Origin: Candidatus Omnitrophota bacterium
Lineage (GTDB): Bacteria > Omnitrophota > Gorgyraeia > Zapsychrales > Zapsychraceae
Assembly (NCBI GenBank): GCA_029261055.1
Contig: JAJDCA010000071.1
Span: forward strand, 153,778 to 217,777
Length of the DNA: 64,000 nt
Direction of reading: 5' to 3'
Positions 47,982-57,156 of this stretch are shown piece by piece. Under the pieces are notes generated by a model. It was not told where the DNA came from and searched no databases. It saw only the letters and a program-made list of their open reading frames with translations. Within the stretch, counting starts at the first letter, position 1; each line of letters begins with the position of its first letter. Position numbers and translations under genes: made by a program.

Positions 47982-49817
47982 ATGAATATTTCTTTCATTT
48001 CCACGAAATTGTCCCGAATAAGTGTTTCGCTTCTAGTCGGGTTGGTTTTATTTTTACAGTCGGCCATTGCTCAAGATATATCCTTTGATGCAGAAGTAAG
48101 TACCAACAGGGCTGTTGTAGGAAATCCTATCCAATTAACGCTTATCATTCGCGGGACACAAAAAATTTCTCCGAAACAATTACCGCCGATAGATGGGTTT
48201 GACATCCAATATCAAAATTCTTCACAACGTTTTACAACAATCAATGGACAATTTGAAGGTTCGGTTTCATTTCAATATTCATTAGTTCCTTTAAAGGTTG
48301 GAAATTATGGCATACCCGCTTTAAAGCTGGCCATTGATGGTAAGGACTATACAACGCAGCCTATTTCTATTGAAGTTGTTGATTCTGCCGGGGGAGTATC
48401 ATCTCCATCTCAGGGCACACAAACTTCGCTTGATGATAGAATATTTGTACGTTTGGAAACATCAAAACAAGAAGTGTATTTAAATGATCGTGTGCCGATT
48501 AAGATGTTACTTTATATCGCCAATGTTGATGTTGATGATATCCAATATCCTCAATTAGAGCATGCCGGTTTTACGGTTGAGAAGGATGATCAATACAAAA
48601 AATATCAGCAAATTATTCAAGGGGTTCGGTATACAATTTTTGAATTTAATACATTTGCGTATCCAACACGATTAGGCGCTTTAACATTGGGGCCAGTTCA
48701 AATAGAATGTAATCTTATTGTACGTAATCAAAATCGAAGATCTTCATCTGGGCGAGGCAGAGGGGTCTTTGATGATGATTTCTTTAGTGGGTTTTTTGAT
48801 CGTGTTGAAAAAAGACCTGTAACATTAAAATCAGATCCGATCACGCTTAATGTTCTTCCCTTACCGGAAGATGGTCGGCCGCAGGATTTTTCCGGGGCCG
48901 TAGGAAATTTTAATTTTGATGTGTCGGTAGGGCCACGTGAGTTAAAAGTGGGGGATCCGATTACATTAAGGATGAAGATAAGGGGAAACGGGAATTTAAA
49001 GGCTGTGGAATTTCCTTCTTTTGCGAATCAGGATGAATTCAAGCTGTATGATCCGATTATTAAAGAAGAAAATAATACCAAGATTCTAGAGCAAGTGATC
49101 GTCCCAAAATCAGATCAGATAGAAACTGTCCTTGCTATTCAGTTTTCGTATTTTGATATTAATTATGGTAAATATCGAACGATAACCAGAGGGCCGTTTC
49201 CGATTAAAGTAGAAAAGTCAGATCAAGGTGAAGGGGTTAAGGTTATTGGGCTTGGTGAATTGGCAACTTCTATTGTTCCGCCGGAAAAATTAGGACAAGA
49301 CATAGTCTTTATTAAAGATTCTGCCGGGACGTTTCGTGCTAAGGGTGCGTGGCTTTACAGGCGGGTTGGATTTTATATTTTTCTTTTTGTGATGGGCATT
49401 TTTTGGGGTGTGGCGTATATTTTCTACAAACAAACACATCGTTTAAAAACAGATACCGTTTATGCCCGGCGTATGCAAGCGCCTCGACATGCGCGTAAAG
49501 GATTGATGCACGCTAAGAAGCTTTTGGAAGAAGGTAAAAGAGAAGACTATTACACTACGATTTTTAAGACTTTGCAGAATTATCTAGGCAATAAATTTCA
49601 TCTATCATCGGGGGCAGTGACATTTGAAACCATTGAAGAAATATTATTGAATAAACAAGGTGCCGATATGGCATCAGTCCGTAACAGATTAAAAATTATT
49701 TTTGACGAATGCGATATGATTCGTTATGCATCCGGACAGATTACGGCAAAGGATATGCAGGAAAATTATCAGAAGGTTGAGCAGATTATTGATTATTTGG
49801 AGAGGCACGTAAAATGA
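47982..49817 (+). CDS. BatD-like protein (Bacteroides aerotolerance operon D family): signal peptide, large periplasmic region, C-terminal TM
   Basis: N-terminal signal peptide. A single TM near residue ~470 (VGFYIFLFVMGIFWGVAYIFY), then a cytoplasmic tail. Followed by a TPR-SH3 (BatE-like) gene. Family assignment is by architecture and context. Confidence 0.45.
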   Translation: MNISFISTKLSRISVSLLVGLVLFLQSAIAQDISFDAEVSTNRAVVGNPIQLTLIIRGTQKISPKQLPPIDGFDIQYQNSSQRFTTINGQFEGSVSFQYSLVPLKVGNYGIPALKLAIDGKDYTTQPISIEVVDSAGGVSSPSQGTQTSLDDRIFVRLETSKQEVYLNDRVPIKMLLYIANVDVDDIQYPQLEHAGFTVEKDDQYKKYQQIIQGVRYTIFEFNTFAYPTRLGALTLGPVQIECNLIVRNQNRRSSSGRGRGVFDDDFFSGFFDRVEKRPVTLKSDPITLNVLPLPEDGRPQDFSGAVGNFNFDVSVGPRELKVGDPITLRMKIRGNGNLKAVEFPSFANQDEFKLYDPIIKEENNTKILEQVIVPKSDQIETVLAIQFSYFDINYGKYRTITRGPFPIKVEKSDQGEGVKVIGLGELATSIVPPEKLGQDIVFIKDSAGTFRAKGAWLYRRVGFYIFLFVMGIFWGVAYIFYKQTHRLKTDTVYARRMQAPRHARKGLMHAKKLLEEGKREDYYTTIFKTLQNYLGNKFHLSSGAVTFETIEEILLNKQGADMASVRNRLKIIFDECDMIRYASGQITAKDMQENYQKVEQIIDYLERHVK

Positions 49818-50587
49818 AATTGTATGCAAAATATTTTGGAACGACATTATTTGTACTGCTGGCGTTTGTTTTTACAGATTTAGCCATGGCGCAAATATCC
49901 AAAAGTGAAAGCCTGTCAAAATTTGTTTCTGCCGGATTAGCTTACAAAAGTGGGGAATATTCTGAGGCTATTGCAATCTATGAAGAAGTTCTTGATGGCG
50001 ACAAAGAAAGCGGGGCCTTGTATTACAATTTAGGCAATAGTTATTTTAAAGAGGGAAAGCGCGGTAAGGCAATTTTAAATTATGAACGTGCACTTCAACT
50101 GATGCCCCGCGATAGCGATTTACAATTTAATTATCGACACGCCCGCTCGTCTGTCAAAGGCTATGGTGAACAGAAGCCTTCCAATATTTTAAATCGATTG
50201 GCTCAGGCACATGTTCAATTTTATGCAGTTGATGAAATGGTCGTAATCATTACAATCATAACTTTGGCTCTAGGTATTCTTTATTTACTATCCCTTTATT
50301 TGAAATGGCCAACCAAATTACGTCAAAACTTCTTTATCATTTTAGGTGTTTTCTGGCTGATTTATACCGCCGGGTTTATTCTCAAATTTCAGCAAGATAA
50401 AAATATGGCTATTACTCTCACCAACGCAAAAGCCACCTTTGAACCCCGCCAAGAATCCACCACCCATTTCCAGCTTTCCGAAGGCATAAAAGTCAAAATA
50501 TTAAAAAAACAAGATAATTGGATCAAAATCAAACGCGCAGATGGAAAATTAGGGTGGGTTCAGGAAGATGCGGTAGAGAGGATTTGA
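49814..50587 (+). CDS. BatE-like TPR + SH3b domain protein
   Basis: Signal peptide, TPR motifs (…ALYYNLGNSYFKEGKRGKAILNYERALQL…), TM, and a C-terminal SH3b-like 'DNWIKIKRADGKLGWVQEDAV'. Confidence 0.5.
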   Translation: MKLYAKYFGTTLFVLLAFVFTDLAMAQISKSESLSKFVSAGLAYKSGEYSEAIAIYEEVLDGDKESGALYYNLGNSYFKEGKRGKAILNYERALQLMPRDSDLQFNYRHARSSVKGYGEQKPSNILNRLAQAHVQFYAVDEMVVIITIITLALGILYLLSLYLKWPTKLRQNFFIILGVFWLIYTAGFILKFQQDKNMAITLTNAKATFEPRQESTTHFQLSEGIKVKILKKQDNWIKIKRADGKLGWVQEDAVERI

Positions 50588-50592
50588 AGGGG

Positions 50593-51762
50593 TTACAAAT
50601 CATTCAAGAGGTGGATATCAGAAGGGTCTTTTATGATAAGTTTTTTGGTGGCTTTTATGCGGTTGAAAAGGTTTAATTGCTTTTTAGTAAGTTCTCGATA
50701 ATATTTTGATTCAATTAAGGTTTTATTTTGTGTATAGAAATCAATTTCTATGCCGTCCTCGTATATGTAAGATGGGCTTGCCTGACGGATTTTTAAGAAA
50801 ATATAGTTTTCAAAAAGGCTCCCTTTGTCTCGAAACCCTGTAAACAAAGTGCGTATGCCAAGGTCCGGGGCGTAGCCTTTTTTAGGGGATAGAAGTGTTT
50901 CATTAGTTTTACCATGGCGTGGGATAAGGTAAATTAAGTAGGTTTCGGCAAACATCGAAAGATAGCGTTTAGCTGTATCGGGCGCAATAGAGAGTATTTT
51001 AGCCATTTTATTGATACTTATTTGTTTGCCGGCACGTTCCATAAGGAGCATGAAATAGTCTTTTATCATTTGAGGATTCTTAATGTTATGATAGGCAATA
51101 ATATCTTTATAAATAATGTCATCGACCAGGGTTTTTAAATATTCACGATCTGGGTGGAGAACATATTCAGGGATACCACCGGTTTTCATATAATCTTCAA
51201 AATACGGTTCTTTAAGATAGTTTTCTTTTTGTTTGATGGTGATGTTACGAAATTGGCAAAATTCTTCAAAATCAAGTGGGGCGATTTCTAAAATACGTTC
51301 TCTTCCGGTTAAAAGTGCTTTTTTATCTTTGAGTAAAGAAGTGCTTGAGGAAGACGTATAAATTTTTACGTTTTGATTGTCATAAAGGTTTTTTAGTTGT
51401 AAATGTGGATTTTTTTTGTAGGTAATTTCATCAAGAAAAAGATAGATTTTTTTGTTAAGAGGCAGTTTGAAAATTTTGCGATATTCTGAAATGATATCAA
51501 GGATGGATTTATTTATTAAGGTATAATCATCCAGGCTCACATAAAAAATGTGTTTTGGGTTAGCTCCTTTATGAATAAGCCGTTGGATAAAAAGTTTCAA
51601 TAGAGTCGTTTTTCCAACCCTTCGTAAGCCGGTAAGGATAACGATTGATTTTGTGTTGAGAAGATTTTCCATGGAAGAAAGTATGCGCGGACGATCTTTA
51701 ATTGCTTCTAGTGAAATGGGCTCTTCCCACCATGGATTGTATTGGTAGAGTGTTTCTTTCAT
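50593..51762 (-). CDS. AAA+ superfamily ATPase (AAA_14 + DUF4143 / COG1373 family)
   Basis: Walker A 'GLRRVGKTT' and Walker B 'YLFLDEIT'. Start trimmed to MKETLYQYNPWWEE by analogy with the paralogs. Third paralog, divergent to the second giant gene. Confidence 0.65.
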   Translation of the reverse strand: MKETLYQYNPWWEEPISLEAIKDRPRILSSMENLLNTKSIVILTGLRRVGKTTLLKLFIQRLIHKGANPKHIFYVSLDDYTLINKSILDIISEYRKIFKLPLNKKIYLFLDEITYKKNPHLQLKNLYDNQNVKIYTSSSSTSLLKDKKALLTGRERILEIAPLDFEEFCQFRNITIKQKENYLKEPYFEDYMKTGGIPEYVLHPDREYLKTLVDDIIYKDIIAYHNIKNPQMIKDYFMLLMERAGKQISINKMAKILSIAPDTAKRYLSMFAETYLIYLIPRHGKTNETLLSPKKGYAPDLGIRTLFTGFRDKGSLFENYIFLKIRQASPSYIYEDGIEIDFYTQNKTLIESKYYRELTKKQLNLFNRIKATKKLIIKDPSDIHLLNDL

Positions 51763-52162
51763 GCCTAAAGTATACGTTATAATCGTATATTTATCAAGGA
51801 AATTATACGATAATGATAAAATAATAATGTAATTGTTAAATACCATGAAATAAGAAATTGACAATTTTGAATATCATGTCCTTAAGATATGTAAGTATTT
51901 AGCATTCTGAGTTGTCGAAGAGCGTTAAAAGCATGAAATTATTTCTAGCAGGACATTGAAAGCCCTGCGCATTCCATGCTGACACCGGGGAATTTTCTGA
52001 GTGTTTTCTTAAAAAAATAAGTATTTTAAAAGAAATGTATCATGTTTTAAATCAATAGGTTATGCAATCTACAAATTTCTTCATTTTTATAATATATTAT
52101 AACATTATTTATTTCAATATGTTATGAATCATCTGGCTTCATTTCTCTCCACTTGACACTCG

Positions 52163-52213
52163 TCCAAAATATGTTATCTTTCCAGTATATTAATAAGAAA
52201 ACGTTTTATTCCA
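52163..52213 (+). promoter_or_regulatory. Putative sigma70-type promoter (TTGACA-N16-TATCTT) plus conserved block, paralogous to 6115..6166
   Basis: TTGACA 52163-52168, TATCTT 52185-52190. The block aaaatatgttatctttccagtatattaataagaaaacg is nearly identical to the one upstream of the first giant gene. Confidence 0.55.
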
Positions 52214-52243
52214 CATAATTACACCAATAATTCCTACAGCAGG

Positions 52244-52273
52244 TAGGTCTCGCCACGGATTGGTTAAATTTAT
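52244..52273 (+). promoter_or_regulatory. Conserved leader element: hairpin (cctac-agcag-gtagg) followed by invariant CTCGCCACGGATTGG
   Basis: The structure is conserved relative to 6205..6239 with a different stem sequence (compensatory changes). The 15-nt motif is identical. Confidence 0.5.
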
Positions 52274-52326
52274 AAAAATTAATTAGACATTGAACTACAA
52301 TGTTTTTTCATAATCCGGAGGAAATA

Positions 52327-55300
52327 ATGAACATTTACATAAAAAAACAACGTTTTTGTCTGTTTTACAGGGCTTTATCCGCCTTTATTGCCGTGGCATT
52401 CCTAACCACCAGCATTGTGCCGCAAGGGTTTGGGCTGAGCGCAGTCGAAGCCTATGCGCAGAGTATGTCTGTGCCAGCACCAATAGTGTTAAATTTGCCT
52501 GTACCGGGTACAATGGTCGGCATGACCGAAGTATTTACACCGGCAATGGTCAAGGGCATCACTATTCATCCGGATAATCCGCTTTTATTTGATTTTCTCA
52601 TCAATAAAGGGGATACCCATCTTAAAGGCGACGAATTAAAGACGGAAGCCAATAAATTGATTAAATATTTTTTGGCGGGCCTAACCGTGCCGGAGAAAGA
52701 AATGTGGGTTAACCTCAGTCCGTACGAAGCAGATAGAATTATCCCTGAAGGTTTTGGCGATACCGAAATGGGCCGGGATTTGCTTGCGCAAGATTACATT
52801 TTAAAACAGCTCACCTCATCATTGATGTATCCAGAAGATGAATTAGGTGAGGCCTTTTGGCAACGTGTTTATGAAAAATCTTATGAAAAATTTGGTCATA
52901 CAGATATTCCGATGAACACATTTAACAAAATTTGGATCGTGCCGGAAAACGCATCTGTGTATGAACACGAAGAAACTTCGACCGTGTATTTAGTGGATAG
53001 TCATTTGAAGGTGATGCTTGAAGAAGATTATGTTGCTGCGCAACATAATAGTGACGCGTCGCTCGTGGCTCGTGACTCGAAAAAACATTCGGATATCAAG
53101 CGCGCCACGCGTCACGCCATGCCTGCCGGCAGGCAGGAGCGACTAGCGACGAACCTTATCCGAGAGATTCTTATCCCCGAAATCGAACGCGAAGTCAACC
53201 AAGGCAAAACGTTCGCCAATCTGCGCCAGATTTATCATTCCGTTATTCTGGCCACGTGGTACAAACGAAAATTTGCTGTAGGGAACGAGCACCTGCCTGC
53301 CGGTAGGCAAGGTGCCCAATCCTTATTAGGACACGTGTATGTAGATCAAAACAAAACCAAAGGTGTAGATACGCAGGATAAAGACATTAACCAAAAGATT
53401 TATAATCAGTACGTCGAATCTTTCAAGAAAGGCGTTTACGATTACATCAAAGAAGATTATGATCCCGCGACTCGACAGATCATCCCGCGGAAATATTTCT
53501 CAGGAGGAGCGGAGCTTTTTCTGGCCAAAATAAATCACGCTATGCTCACTCCAGAAAGGCGTGTAGAGATAACAAGCGAGGGTAAGAATACAGATCGTGT
53601 TGTAGTGGAATTGAATGAAATCGGATTAAAAGGTACTGACTATGCACAAGTAGTTACAGATTCAGGAGAATATTTACAGCGGGCAGGTGATATTAAAAGT
53701 GCGGAAAATGTAGATGCAGTAATTAGTCCTATTGTCGATAATGCGATGCAAACATTTCCAGGCTTAATGAATAAATTTTCAAAGGATGGGTATGTTTTAC
53801 ATGCATTGGAACGAGGAGCTGATTTAACGCCTTGGGATGGAGAGGTTGTTATGGAATTGCTTGGTCAAATGACTGAAGGGCGTGAGTATGCGAATGGAGT
53901 TATTTATGATTCGGGTCATTATAGAAGCAGAAGTTTTACTTATTTTAACATGCCATTTTTGAGTGAATTGAGTGAAGATATTATTAGGTTTTCCGTTGAT
54001 TCATCTCATAAAAATCCAATCGAAGTAGTAGATACATCTGAAAATTTTGAGTTTTTTCTTGGTGAAAATAAAGAAACACAAAAAATTGAATTTTTAGCTT
54101 GGGAATGGAAACGACGCGATGTGAGCTATGAAGAACATAACATTTCCTATAAAGGTGAAAATGGGAAATATGATGTTCTTAAAATAAGCCCTAAGCAATA
54201 TGGGAATGTTTTGAGTAAAGGATTTGGAGTTGAAGAAAAACCTTCTAGTAATCAGATTGCCTATTTAGGGGCTACACAACTAAAAGGGAAAGAGTTTAAG
54301 GAATGGAATTTTTCTAATATTGAAGAAACTTCTCAGGGAAAGTGGGGGCATGGCTCTTCATATAGTATGGATTATCCTGAGTTTAAGAAAGACTTTATTC
54401 ATTACACGCAATATAGAAATGATGATGTAGATTTAATGACACACGTTTATTCAATTCCAGTAATTATGAAAGATAATCTTTCTTATAATATGGGTAAAAA
54501 TAAAAATAGCGAAGGTTTTGAAATTCGTATTGGCAGAAATAAAAATAGAGAAATTGAGTTTATGTTGTTAACAGCTCCACAAAAAATTATTTTAAGGTAT
54601 AAAAATAAGCTAGGAATGCCGAAAAGTAAAGTGATAACGAAAGCTGAACGTGATCAAATTTTAAAAGATCCGACAATAATTAATACAATAATATTTAATA
54701 GTAAGAAAATGTCCAAGGAATGGGTTGTTGATGAGGCAAAGGAAAAAGAATTTTCAGAAAACACTAAAACACGTATTCTAAATAATCAGGTAATAGTAGA
54801 TGAGCATACTAAGGTATTAAAAAATAAGAGAGTTGTGGAGATTAAAGAAAATGGAAAGAAGCCCTCCAACTTAATGCCGGAGAATAAAAAAGAACATGAA
54901 AAAGTTATGCGTATTAATAAAATAATAGAAGAGATGAAGTCGGTTGTTAAGAACCATTCTTTTCGTGACCTTTATTTTGGTCCAATTCTAGGACGAAAAA
55001 ATATTAAATCTTTTCGTGATTATTTAATAGCAGGGAATATACAAGACATTCAGGCGATTGTTTCTGGTATGAATCCACAGAAGGCAAAAGATAAGGGAGA
55101 AAAAAAGATTTTTAGAAAATATTATGAAAGTCCAAAATTTTCTAATTTAGCAACACAAATCAAATCAAAAGCAAAAGCTTTAATAGATAAGCTTCCTCAA
55201 ATCAAGGGAAAAAATCTAGAAGCCGAGATAAATTCTTTTCGTGAAGATGTTTTAAATGAAATTGAAAATCTTGATGCGGCGATGATTGGAAATGGTCAAG

Positions 55301-56097
55301 ATAATACCACCGTGTCGGCAGAAATAAAGCCAACTATCGTTATGATAGAAGATAAGGACGAACCTAATTCTAGCGAGCCTGATAAAGCTATGATGGAGAA
55401 AAAGACAATTTTATTAGTTGAGGATGATGAAGATATAAGAAAAGGATTGAAGGATTTCTTTGAGTCGAGAGATTACAATGTTATTGCGATGGAAAATGGT
55501 AAAGAGGCTTTAACACTTATAATAAAGAGAAAGGAAATGAAAGAGCCTCTTGATCTTGTTATAAGTGACTTAGATATGCCAGAGATGGATGGGATGGAGT
55601 TGCTAGAAAATGCAGAAAAAATATGGCCCGAATTACTTTTTATTATGCAATCAGGGAGAATGCCTTCAAATATTTCTGGTTTGCTTGAGAGGAAATCTAA
55701 TGTACATAAGGCTTTGGATAAAAGATTTGCTTTAGAGAAATATGAATCTGCGTTAAATGATTTGTGGGGGGATGTTGATTCAGCAATGATAAGGGCGGAG
55801 GAAGTGACGGGGGTAAATAAAGTTGGTGGTATCAATCTTGACCCGGCCATGCTGGATTTGCAGATCAAGCGTGATGGCAACGGTGTACCATTGCCGGTGA
55901 GTGAACAGGATTTTTCGATGATGCATATTGAAGGGGTTTTGCCTGTTATTATCAATGTAACGCCAGTTAATATTCCTATGCTGCTAGGTTTTGCAAATGA
56001 CGTACTCCCTGTTGCTGGCTGTCCATCGGATGATGAAATGATTGATTGCGATCGCGACTTGATTTCCATCAAACCGGAAGAGGAGGTTTTTTTGTAG
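52327..56097 (+). CDS. Giant secreted/surface protein paralog (1256 aa) with an embedded CheY-like receiver (REC) domain near the C-terminus
   Basis: Start at the ATG preceded by CCGGAGGA. N-terminal ~400 aa are about 70% identical to the 6268 protein. REC domain at ~residues 1030-1150 (LLVEDDEDIRK…LVISDLDMPEMDG…IMQSG…). C-terminal module GGINLDPAMLDLQIKRDGNGVPLP…LPVIINVTPVNIPMLLGF is shared with the paralog. Confidence 0.75.
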   Translation: MNIYIKKQRFCLFYRALSAFIAVAFLTTSIVPQGFGLSAVEAYAQSMSVPAPIVLNLPVPGTMVGMTEVFTPAMVKGITIHPDNPLLFDFLINKGDTHLKGDELKTEANKLIKYFLAGLTVPEKEMWVNLSPYEADRIIPEGFGDTEMGRDLLAQDYILKQLTSSLMYPEDELGEAFWQRVYEKSYEKFGHTDIPMNTFNKIWIVPENASVYEHEETSTVYLVDSHLKVMLEEDYVAAQHNSDASLVARDSKKHSDIKRATRHAMPAGRQERLATNLIREILIPEIEREVNQGKTFANLRQIYHSVILATWYKRKFAVGNEHLPAGRQGAQSLLGHVYVDQNKTKGVDTQDKDINQKIYNQYVESFKKGVYDYIKEDYDPATRQIIPRKYFSGGAELFLAKINHAMLTPERRVEITSEGKNTDRVVVELNEIGLKGTDYAQVVTDSGEYLQRAGDIKSAENVDAVISPIVDNAMQTFPGLMNKFSKDGYVLHALERGADLTPWDGEVVMELLGQMTEGREYANGVIYDSGHYRSRSFTYFNMPFLSELSEDIIRFSVDSSHKNPIEVVDTSENFEFFLGENKETQKIEFLAWEWKRRDVSYEEHNISYKGENGKYDVLKISPKQYGNVLSKGFGVEEKPSSNQIAYLGATQLKGKEFKEWNFSNIEETSQGKWGHGSSYSMDYPEFKKDFIHYTQYRNDDVDLMTHVYSIPVIMKDNLSYNMGKNKNSEGFEIRIGRNKNREIEFMLLTAPQKIILRYKNKLGMPKSKVITKAERDQILKDPTIINTIIFNSKKMSKEWVVDEAKEKEFSENTKTRILNNQVIVDEHTKVLKNKRVVEIKENGKKPSNLMPENKKEHEKVMRINKIIEEMKSVVKNHSFRDLYFGPILGRKNIKSFRDYLIAGNIQDIQAIVSGMNPQKAKDKGEKKIFRKYYESPKFSNLATQIKSKAKALIDKLPQIKGKNLEAEINSFREDVLNEIENLDAAMIGNGQDNTTVSAEIKPTIVMIEDKDEPNSSEPDKAMMEKKTILLVEDDEDIRKGLKDFFESRDYNVIAMENGKEALTLIIKRKEMKEPLDLVISDLDMPEMDGMELLENAEKIWPELLFIMQSGRMPSNISGLLERKSNVHKALDKRFALEKYESALNDLWGDVDSAMIRAEEVTGVNKVGGINLDPAMLDLQIKRDGNGVPLPVSEQDFSMMHIEGVLPVIINVTPVNIPMLLGFANDVLPVAGCPSDDEMIDCDRDLISIKPEEEVFL
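53120..53135. repeat. Palindromic repeat copy (tgcctgccggcaggca) inside the giant gene, encoding an MPAGRQE insertion
   Basis: 16-bp perfect palindrome. It coincides with an extra peptide segment that is absent from the paralog. Confidence 0.55.
53289..53315. repeat. Imperfect palindromic repeat copy (cacctgcctgccggtaggcaaggtg) inside the giant gene, encoding a …HLPAGRQGAQ insertion
   Basis: Same family. It coincides with a 13-aa in-frame insertion relative to the paralog (KRKFAVGNEHLPAGRQGAQSLLG vs KKRLQESLLG). Confidence 0.5.
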
Positions 56098-56136
56098 CAT
56101 TTTCTGTGGTGAAATATTCTAAAGATTTAACATAGG

Positions 56137-56180
56137 GACACTTAAGGCGTTTTAAGAGCGTGGAAAGTGTCTTTTTTTTT
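56137..56180 (+). terminator. Rho-independent terminator after the giant gene
   Basis: ggacactt…aagtgtc stem followed by a T9 run. Confidence 0.65.
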
Positions 56181-56473
56181 GTAGTAGAATAATTATATGA
56201 TGGAATCGTGTAATTTCTAAATAAATCATACGATTACAGCTGAATATGTTTTAATGATCCATTATTTTTCCGTTTGCTTGATTTCTATAGGATGTACCCG
56301 TATACTTATAAATTCAAGAAGGGAATATATTATGAAAAATAATATTTTTAAGGCGGGTTATCAACAAGATGAGAAAGATTGTTTTATTGAGGAGTACAGC
56401 GACGAAAGAGTTCAAGAATTTATGGAGGAAGATAGTTTGGATAAGGTAACAGCGGATAAGATGAAAGCCTTTA

Positions 56474-57151
56474 ATGGCGCATAAAATTCTAATTATCGAA
56501 GATGACCGGGATATTGCGGAGATGATTGAGTATAATTTGCAGCGGGAGGGGTATGTGGTTCTGAAGGTGTTTGATGGTCAGGAGGCTTTGCCGGCGGTTA
56601 CGCGGCATCGGCCGGATTTGGTTATTTTGGATATTATGTTGCCTTCGGTGGATGGGTTGGATATCTGTAAGGCTTTGCGTAGAGATGAAACTACCATTGA
56701 TCTTCCGATTATTATGTTAACTGCCAAATCGCAAGAGTCGGATAAGGTGATTGGTTTGGAGCTCGGGGCCGACGATTATGTGACCAAGCCTTTTAGTCCG
56801 CGCGAATTGATGGCTAGGGTTAAGGCGGTGCTGCGACGGACGAAAGTAGATAAATCTTCGTCCAAAACTTCTTTCGGCCCTGTAATCATTGATCATAAAC
56901 GTCACAGGGTTGACGTGGATGGTCAGGAGGTTATGTTGACGGCTACGGAATTTAAGCTATTAGATTTCTTGGTCCAAAAGACAGGGGCGGTTGTTTCACG
57001 TGATCAGATTCTTGATGCGGTTTTTGGGTACAGCTCCGAAGTGTATGACCGCACGGTCGACGCCCATATTAAATCCCTACGTAAGAAACTGGGACCTGCC
57101 AAAGATTACATTGAAACCATCCGGGGTTTTGGATATCGATTCAAAGAGTAA
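56474..57151 (+). CDS. phoB: OmpR/PhoB-family response regulator
   Basis: REC domain (ILIIEDDRDIAEM…LVILDIMLPSVDG…) plus winged-helix output (…RGFGYRF). Adjacent to a PhoR-like kinase, a Na/Pi cotransporter and a PhoU-like gene. Confidence 0.75.
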   Translation: MAHKILIIEDDRDIAEMIEYNLQREGYVVLKVFDGQEALPAVTRHRPDLVILDIMLPSVDGLDICKALRRDETTIDLPIIMLTAKSQESDKVIGLELGADDYVTKPFSPRELMARVKAVLRRTKVDKSSSKTSFGPVIIDHKRHRVDVDGQEVMLTATEFKLLDFLVQKTGAVVSRDQILDAVFGYSSEVYDRTVDAHIKSLRKKLGPAKDYIETIRGFGYRFKE

Positions 57152-57156
57152 TTTTT

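Noticed and set aside
56254-56484. ORF 56254..56484 (acidic 50-76-aa peptide) just upstream of, and overlapping, the phoB start
   Set aside because: There is no recognisable domain or convincing RBS. It may be a real small protein but the evidence is insufficient, so I left it out of the feature list.
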